Source: Limisphaerales bacterium (GTDB lineage Bacteria > Verrucomicrobiota > Verrucomicrobiia > Limisphaerales > JAYPEY01). Taken from it: 58,938 nt of DNA. Of the stretch, positions 53,535 through 58,938 are shown one piece after another. Positions within the stretch are counted from its first letter, which is position 1; every line of letters starts with the position of its first letter. The position numbers and the translations under genes were made by a program. Location: the NCBI GenBank assembly GCA_047618185.1, contig JBLHKZ010000001.1:1-58938 (forward strand). The letters are read 5' to 3'. The notes below the pieces were generated by a model. The model made no database searches, was not told the DNA's origin, and worked only from the letters and a program-made list of their open reading frames with translations.

Positions 53535-56372
53535 CTACTTCGCCGGTTTTCCGGACGGTTTTTCGATCTCAGGAAAGAGCTTTGCAGTCAGCATGTTCTT
53601 CCGGGAAAAGTACTTCCTGGCGGCCCCCTGGATCTCCTTGGACGTCATTGCCTCGATCTTTTCCGGGCCCTCCAGGATGCCGGCGAAGGGAAGATCGCAA
53701 CGGCGGTAAAAGGAAAGATTGCTCAGCCAGAATCCGTTTTGCTTGAGGCCCTTCTCGTGCGTGCGCAGGTGGGTCTCGCGAATCTTGGCCAGATTCTCCT
53801 CGCTGGGGCCTTCCTGCTGCAGCTTCTTTGCCTCGGCCAAGGCGGTCTTGATAAGATCGTTCACATTGGCCGGACTACAGGTGAAGGAGATATTGCAGGA
53901 GAAGGTCTCCTTCGGCTCGCGGCTCATCCCGCCCGAGACACCGACGCCGTAGACGCCCCCCTTGTCTTCGCGCAGGGCCTCGCGCAATTGGATCCGCAGC
54001 ACATCGACCGCGCAACGCAGGGCGTAGCGGTCTTTCATGCTCCATTTTGCGGCGCCATGAAAGGTCAACTGCACCGAGCTCTTGTCTTCGCGGCCTTTGC
54101 GGACCTCGACGCTAACTCGGCCGGCTTGCCGATTGTCACCGGTGTGTCGGCCCTTCTCCTCGCGATCCAGATCGGGAAGGCTGGCCAGATATTTCTCCAC
54201 ATAGGGCTTGAGGTCCTCCGGCTCGAAGGAGCCCACGAAGACAAAGGTGAAATCACTCGCGTCGGCGAAGCGCTGCTGATAGACGCGCAAGGCGGTGGCG
54301 TGATCGAGCTCTTCCAGCAGCTCCACGGACATCGGCTGATGCCGTGGATGGTCGCCATACATCGCCTCTTCCACAGCGTCGCCGAACACCGACTGCGGAT
54401 CTGTGGAGCGATTGCGAAGCACGGCGCGATATTGCGCCAACAACGACTTGAACGCCTTGGCGTCCTGACGCGGCGCGCCAAATTGTAGATGCATCAGCTG
54501 AAACCAGGTATCCAGATCGCGCGGCGAGGCGGAGCCTCCGAGACCTTCGGAAATGCCGCCGATCGACGGGCTTACACTGGCCACCTTGCCCGCCAGCTTC
54601 TTCTGCAACTGGATCAGATCGAATGAGCCGAGGCCGCTTTGACCGGCAATCGTCGTCGCCATCGACCCCGACAAGTAATCCTTGTTCGACACCAGGCTGT
54701 CGCCGCCCGGGCTGGACGCCGTCATCAGGATCTGGTCGTTCTTGAAGGTCGTCGGCTTGAGCAGAACAGTGATGTCGTTCGAAAGTTTCCACTCCGTCAC
54801 GCCGAGCTTCTCATCGCGCTTTTCCGAAATAACCTTGCCGGGCTTCGGCTCCCTGGAGATCAGCGGAGCGTCGGTCATGCCGTCGTCGTACGCGGTCACA
54901 GGGACTTTTTCCGCGCTGGCGATGGCGTTCAGGATTTCCTCGCGCGTCGGGACTTTCAGTCCGGTTTTCTCAGGCGCGCTGAACAGGACCACGCGGTTTT
55001 CGGTCGTGATCCAGCGATCGGCCGCGCGATTGACCTCTTCCAGTTTAACGGTTGCGAAAGCTTCGCGCGTGATGCGCAGCTCCTCCTCGATGCCGGGGAT
55101 CGGCTCGTTCTGTAGAAAATTTCGGACGTACTCATCCGCGTATCGCGAGGAGACGGTCTTGTCGCGCTCTTCGTAGGCCTTCTCCATGCCGCGAAGGAAA
55201 TCCGCCTTGGCCCGATTGAGTTCCGTGGGCGTGAAGCCGTGCTCCTCAGCCCGCCGGGCTTCGACCAGCAACGCCTTGAGTCCGTTCGCAAAATCACCTT
55301 CCTTCACGACCGCCATTTGCGCGGCCATTTCCTTCACTCGCACCAGGCGATTCTTACGCATGGCGCCGAACAGGTAGGGCGGATTGGCCTCCTGCACGCG
55401 CTCGCCAAGCCGCTGGTTCAACATCGTGGAATACAGCCGCTCGACCAGTCCGCGGCGATAGTCCTCGGCGGTGTCCTGCGAAGACACGGGATGTTTGCAG
55501 GCGATCTGCACCATGGAGTAGGGCAGCTCGGGATCGGTCTCAATGGAGAACAGCGTCTCCTTGTGATCGGGAACGTCCGGCTTGATCCGCTTCGGCGCGT
55601 TCTCGGGATTTTTCAGGTGGCCGAAATGTTTCACGATCTTCGCCTCGATGGCGTCGACGTCGAAATCCCCCACCGCGATGACGGCCATGAGATCGGGCCG
55701 ATACCAGCGGCGATAAAAGTCGACGAAGGTCTGGCGTTGAACTGAGGAAATCACATTCGTTTTTCCGATGGGCAAGCGCTCGGCATAGAGCGAATTGTTG
55801 AGGAGCACGGGCAGCTGTTTCTCCTGAAGCCTCCCCTGCGCGTTGCGGCGGGTGCGCCATTCTTCAATCACGACGCCGCGCTCCTTCTCGATCTCCTCCG
55901 GCTCAAACACAATCAAGTGCGCCCAGTCTTCGAGCACTTGAAAGGTCTTGTCCAACACGACCTCGTCATCCATGGGGACTTCAAGTTTGTAGACCGTCTC
56001 ATCAAAGGAGGTGTAGGCGTTGAGGTCCGCGCCGAATTTCATGCCGATGCCTTCAAGGAAATCCACGAGCTCGCTCTTGGCGAAATTCTTCGTCCCGTTG
56101 AAGGCCATATGCTCCAGAAAATGCGCGAGGCCCTGTTCTTTCTCAGTCTCAAGGATGGAGCCGGCGTTGACCACGAGCCGGAAGGTCGCGCGGTTCTCCG
56201 GCTTCTTGTTTTTCCTGATGTAGTAGGTCAGCCCATTGGGCAGGGTCTTCCTGGTGATCTGTGAATCGATCGCCAGTTTGCCCGTGTCCTGGGCGATCGA
56301 CGACGAGGCGGCGAACGAGAGCAGGAGCAGGAGCAGGAACAACAGGGCGCGGAGAAGGGAGGGCGTTTTCAT
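53535..56372 (-). CDS. M16-family zinc peptidase (insulinase/pitrilysin-like, both halves in one chain)
   Basis: A signal peptide is present, with GLAHFLEHMAFNGT (HxxEH inverted zincin motif). The protein is 945 aa. Confidence 0.92.
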   Translation of the reverse strand: MKTPSLLRALLFLLLLLLSFAASSSIAQDTGKLAIDSQITRKTLPNGLTYYIRKNKKPENRATFRLVVNAGSILETEKEQGLAHFLEHMAFNGTKNFAKSELVDFLEGIGMKFGADLNAYTSFDETVYKLEVPMDDEVVLDKTFQVLEDWAHLIVFEPEEIEKERGVVIEEWRTRRNAQGRLQEKQLPVLLNNSLYAERLPIGKTNVISSVQRQTFVDFYRRWYRPDLMAVIAVGDFDVDAIEAKIVKHFGHLKNPENAPKRIKPDVPDHKETLFSIETDPELPYSMVQIACKHPVSSQDTAEDYRRGLVERLYSTMLNQRLGERVQEANPPYLFGAMRKNRLVRVKEMAAQMAVVKEGDFANGLKALLVEARRAEEHGFTPTELNRAKADFLRGMEKAYEERDKTVSSRYADEYVRNFLQNEPIPGIEEELRITREAFATVKLEEVNRAADRWITTENRVVLFSAPEKTGLKVPTREEILNAIASAEKVPVTAYDDGMTDAPLISREPKPGKVISEKRDEKLGVTEWKLSNDITVLLKPTTFKNDQILMTASSPGGDSLVSNKDYLSGSMATTIAGQSGLGSFDLIQLQKKLAGKVASVSPSIGGISEGLGGSASPRDLDTWFQLMHLQFGAPRQDAKAFKSLLAQYRAVLRNRSTDPQSVFGDAVEEAMYGDHPRHQPMSVELLEELDHATALRVYQQRFADASDFTFVFVGSFEPEDLKPYVEKYLASLPDLDREEKGRHTGDNRQAGRVSVEVRKGREDKSSVQLTFHGAAKWSMKDRYALRCAVDVLRIQLREALREDKGGVYGVGVSGGMSREPKETFSCNISFTCSPANVNDLIKTALAEAKKLQQEGPSEENLAKIRETHLRTHEKGLKQNGFWLSNLSFYRRCDLPFAGILEGPEKIEAMTSKEIQGAARKYFSRKNMLTAKLFPEIEKPSGKPAK

Positions 56373-56578
56373 GGGCGGCTTGTGCGTTGGGTTGGGTTGG
56401 ATGGCGCGTCACGGTCCGGCGTTCAATCGTAGACGGCAAGTCCGTCGAACCGAGGGCATCGTGTTTAGCGGCGAAGGCCGGACATTTCAAGGAATTGGCG
56501 CCGCGCGCTTGCGACGTGCACACAAACCTCGGAAATGATGTATTGCATCACGAACCTCCGCTAAATAGCCTTCGCCGA

Positions 56579-58603
56579 ATGAGGAAACAGGGGAGCTATA
56601 TTTTCGTATTCATATTCACAATCGCATTGTTCGTCCAAGCCACCGGGAATCTCGCGCGGGGTGCTGAAAAGAGTTGGACCGACATCAAGGCCGACAATCT
56701 CAGCGAGTGGAGCAATCCCGGCAATTGGTGGAAGACGGAAAACGGAGCCTTCGTCGCAGAATCCAAAGGCGGGGGCGCTCTTCCAAAAATTCACTACCTC
56801 GTGTGGAACGGTTCGATCAAAGGCGATTTTGAACTCACCCTGAAATACCGCATTCACGCGACCGAGCCCCAGGACGCCGGATTCTGTTTCCGCGTGGAGC
56901 GACCCGTCTCCGACACGCCGAACCTGCCCGGCTATCAGGCGGAGTTGGACACGGCAAATCTCTACGGCAAGCAGGGCGGGGTCAAAAAGGGAAAGCTCTT
57001 CGGCCACATTCATGATGGGAAACGCGGGCGCATGTATCCCCGTAGCAACCGGGTCACAATTCAGGCAAACGGCAAGATGAAATCCGTTCCGCTGGGAAAA
57101 CCTTTTCTGCCGCAAAAGGTCTTTCGCAAACCGCCCGCATGGAATGATGTCCGTATCGTCTCGGTCGGTAATCACGTGCAGCTGTTTTTGAACGGCGTTC
57201 TTGCAAACGATCTTACCGACGATGACCCGAAAGGCGGATCGCGCGGGGATGCCATCGGTCTACAGTTTCGACCCAACCGTGCCTATCGATTCGAAGTCAG
57301 TGAGCTGAAATACCGACCTGCGGATCGAGCCGCCCTATCCGAATCCAAGCCGGCCGCCCCGGCGCCGACGGCCACGACCAATCCCATTGTTGCGACGCCC
57401 ATCGTCGATCTGCTTCCGGCGAGCGACCTTTCAAATTTTCGGGTTTTGACGGGCCCGCGCAAAGTCGAACGGGATCCCAATCAAGTTTTCTCGCTCACGG
57501 ATGGCGAACTCCTCGTTTCCGGAACGGAACCCGGACTCACTGTCACGCGCCGCTCCTTCACCAACTACCTCCTCAAGGTGGAATATCGCTGGGACACCGA
57601 CGACGGAAAACGCGACAGCGGGATTTTCGTCAATACCACTGGCCCCATGAACCGGTTCGTTTCCCTCGAGTGCAACCTCCTCGGCCCTGATAGAGGACTT
57701 AGCGGCGAGCTCTTCCTGATCGGCGGCGGGCGCAAGCAGATCACGGTCAATGGCGAAGTCAAGAAACAGAGCGCGATTAAACCGCAACTGACGCAATCTG
57801 CAGAGAAACCGGTCGGCGAGTGGAACACCATGGAAGTCCTCAACGACCAGGGCGATTTTCAAATCAAGGTCAACGGCCAGGAAGCGGTCCGCGGCCAATT
57901 TCCCACGCCAAAATCGGGAAAGATCATGTTCCAATCCAATCGCGGCGCCATCCGATTCCGCAACGCGAGAGTGGTCGATTTCAACGCCTCGATTGCGGAA
58001 GCCGTCGCCTTGGCGCGCAATCGTCAATGGGCGAAGTCAGCCCGCCTGCTTCAGGACTTTCTGGACAAGCAGCCAGTCGCTTTCGAGTCCGGCCGCGGGC
58101 TTTGGCTGGCCACGCTCTATGCCGCAACCGGAAATCACGAAGCTCACGAGAAGCATTGCCGGGCCTTCTTTGAAAAATTCTCCGACCCTAAGTCTCCGGC
58201 GGAAGGATCCCGTCCGGCCAAGGCGTACGTCCTGAAGCCCGGAGCCAACGATCCCGAGTTGCTGAAGCAGGCGCTTGAAGCCTCCCGCTTTTCCACAGAG
58301 GAGGTTCCAAACAACGCCTGGTACACCCTGACGCGCGGCATGATCGAGTATCGACTCGGCAAACATTCCAATGTGCTTCGCTGGCTGGCCAAACCGCTCA
58401 AGAGCAAGCACGCAACGCAACGCACGCCGGCGCTGGCCTTCGCCGCCATGACCGAATTCAAACAGGGCAAGGCCGCACGGGCCCGTCAGTTGTTGAGTCA
58501 GGCGGAAGAGGCCTTTGCGGGAATCGATCCCAACCACCCGGGCTGGAACGATATCATCGGCGCAAAGCTCGCGATCGACGAAGCCAAGGCGCTGATCAAG
58601 TGA
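56579..58603 (+). CDS. Secreted protein with two DUF1080-like (3-keto-disaccharide hydrolase-like) domains and a helical/TPR-like C-terminus
   Basis: ATG at 56579 (MRKQGSYIFVFIFTIALFV). The first domain reads WKTENGAFV...DFELTLKYRI. The second reads FTNYLLKVEYRW...GEWNTMEV...IMFQSNRGAIRFRNARV. The upstream part of the ORF-track ORF overlaps the divergent peptidase gene. Confidence 0.8.
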   Translation: MRKQGSYIFVFIFTIALFVQATGNLARGAEKSWTDIKADNLSEWSNPGNWWKTENGAFVAESKGGGALPKIHYLVWNGSIKGDFELTLKYRIHATEPQDAGFCFRVERPVSDTPNLPGYQAELDTANLYGKQGGVKKGKLFGHIHDGKRGRMYPRSNRVTIQANGKMKSVPLGKPFLPQKVFRKPPAWNDVRIVSVGNHVQLFLNGVLANDLTDDDPKGGSRGDAIGLQFRPNRAYRFEVSELKYRPADRAALSESKPAAPAPTATTNPIVATPIVDLLPASDLSNFRVLTGPRKVERDPNQVFSLTDGELLVSGTEPGLTVTRRSFTNYLLKVEYRWDTDDGKRDSGIFVNTTGPMNRFVSLECNLLGPDRGLSGELFLIGGGRKQITVNGEVKKQSAIKPQLTQSAEKPVGEWNTMEVLNDQGDFQIKVNGQEAVRGQFPTPKSGKIMFQSNRGAIRFRNARVVDFNASIAEAVALARNRQWAKSARLLQDFLDKQPVAFESGRGLWLATLYAATGNHEAHEKHCRAFFEKFSDPKSPAEGSRPAKAYVLKPGANDPELLKQALEASRFSTEEVPNNAWYTLTRGMIEYRLGKHSNVLRWLAKPLKSKHATQRTPALAFAAMTEFKQGKAARARQLLSQAEEAFAGIDPNHPGWNDIIGAKLAIDEAKALIK

Positions 58604-58638
58604 TCGCTTGGGACACCGAGGACGGACGCTTCCGCAAT

Positions 58639-58764
58639 CGGAGCGCGGCTGTGTCGTCCCGACCAGCCGCAGAGGCATAGCACGGACGAGCCCGTTCGGC
58701 GAAATGAGTCGCCCGGTCATTCGGAGGTTGCTGCGGCTGGTCGGGACGACACAGCCGCGCTCCG
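58639..58764. repeat. MITE-like element: 34-bp perfect terminal inverted repeats around a 58-nt core
   Basis: 58639..58672 (cggagcgcggctgtgtcgtcccgaccagccgcag) is the exact reverse complement of 58731..58764. It is preceded by a half GGGACACCGAGGACGG repeat at 58610..58625. Confidence 0.8.
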
Positions 58765-58835
58765 GAACCCTACTCGGCAAAATCGCCCATCCCGCCGCAA
58801 TTGCCATTCCTCGCAAAAGCCGCTAAACACGGACC

Positions 58836-58938
58836 ATGAAATTGTCCCGCGCCCTCTCGTTCTGCCTGACCGTCTGGCTCCTTTTCATCTGCGCCGCCGC
58901 CGCGGTCGCCGCCAAGAAACCCAACGTCATCTTCATCC
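58836..58938 (+). CDS. Sulfatase, N-terminal fragment (runs off the window)
   Basis: Hand translation from ATG 58836 gives MKLSRALSFCLTVWLLFICAAAAVAAKKPNVIFI, a signal peptide followed by the PNV(I/V)FI sulfatase start seen in the other three sulfatases. Confidence 0.6.
   Translation, partial: MKLSRALSFCLTVWLLFICAAAAVAAKKPNVIFI

Noticed and set aside
56261-56578. The 5' 106 codons of the 780-aa ORF-track ORF 56261..58603.
   Set aside because: This part overlaps the divergent M16 peptidase start and is Arg/Gly-rich. A proper ATG with a signal peptide occurs at 56579.

Overview
This is a high-GC bacterial chromosomal window (spot counts about 60% GC). Its gene content is typical of the PVC superphylum (Verrucomicrobiota or Planctomycetota): three large secreted dehydrogenase/beta-propeller proteins with CxxCH heme domains, four sulfatases, DUF1080-type proteins and carbohydrate esterases. 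The housekeeping backbone is clear. It includes mutS, trpS, a tightly coupled rpmH-rnpA-yidD-yidC-jag operon followed by scpA-scpB-pheA-rhomboid, recQ, an FKBP isomerase and an M16 peptidase. rpmH (45 aa) and the two genes cut by the window edges are missing from the ORF track and were translated by hand. I found no rRNA, tRNA, CRISPR array, intact transposase or recognisable known defence system. Most long ORFs antisense to real genes are high-GC artefacts. The most accessory-looking stretch is 1082..6727, a patchwork wedged between two same-strand paralogous PVC dehydrogenase genes. It holds a lipoprotein, a gutted beta-CASP hydrolase, an uncharacterised 5-TM plus TM/zinc-ribbon gene pair, a single-CxxCH protein and a low-GC Fic enzyme with a palindromic operator-like array. 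Other points of interest are several families of long intergenic palindromic (REP/MITE-like) elements, in-frame coding microsatellites and minisatellites (scpA poly-ED, histone-H1-like KAAP protein, a 99-bp repeat in the FKBP gene), two gene remnants, an ISAs1-like transposase stub, a Tat-signal mini-ORF and a sulfatase with a non-canonical CTVSR active-site motif. All family names come from motif recognition by eye and need HMM confirmation.
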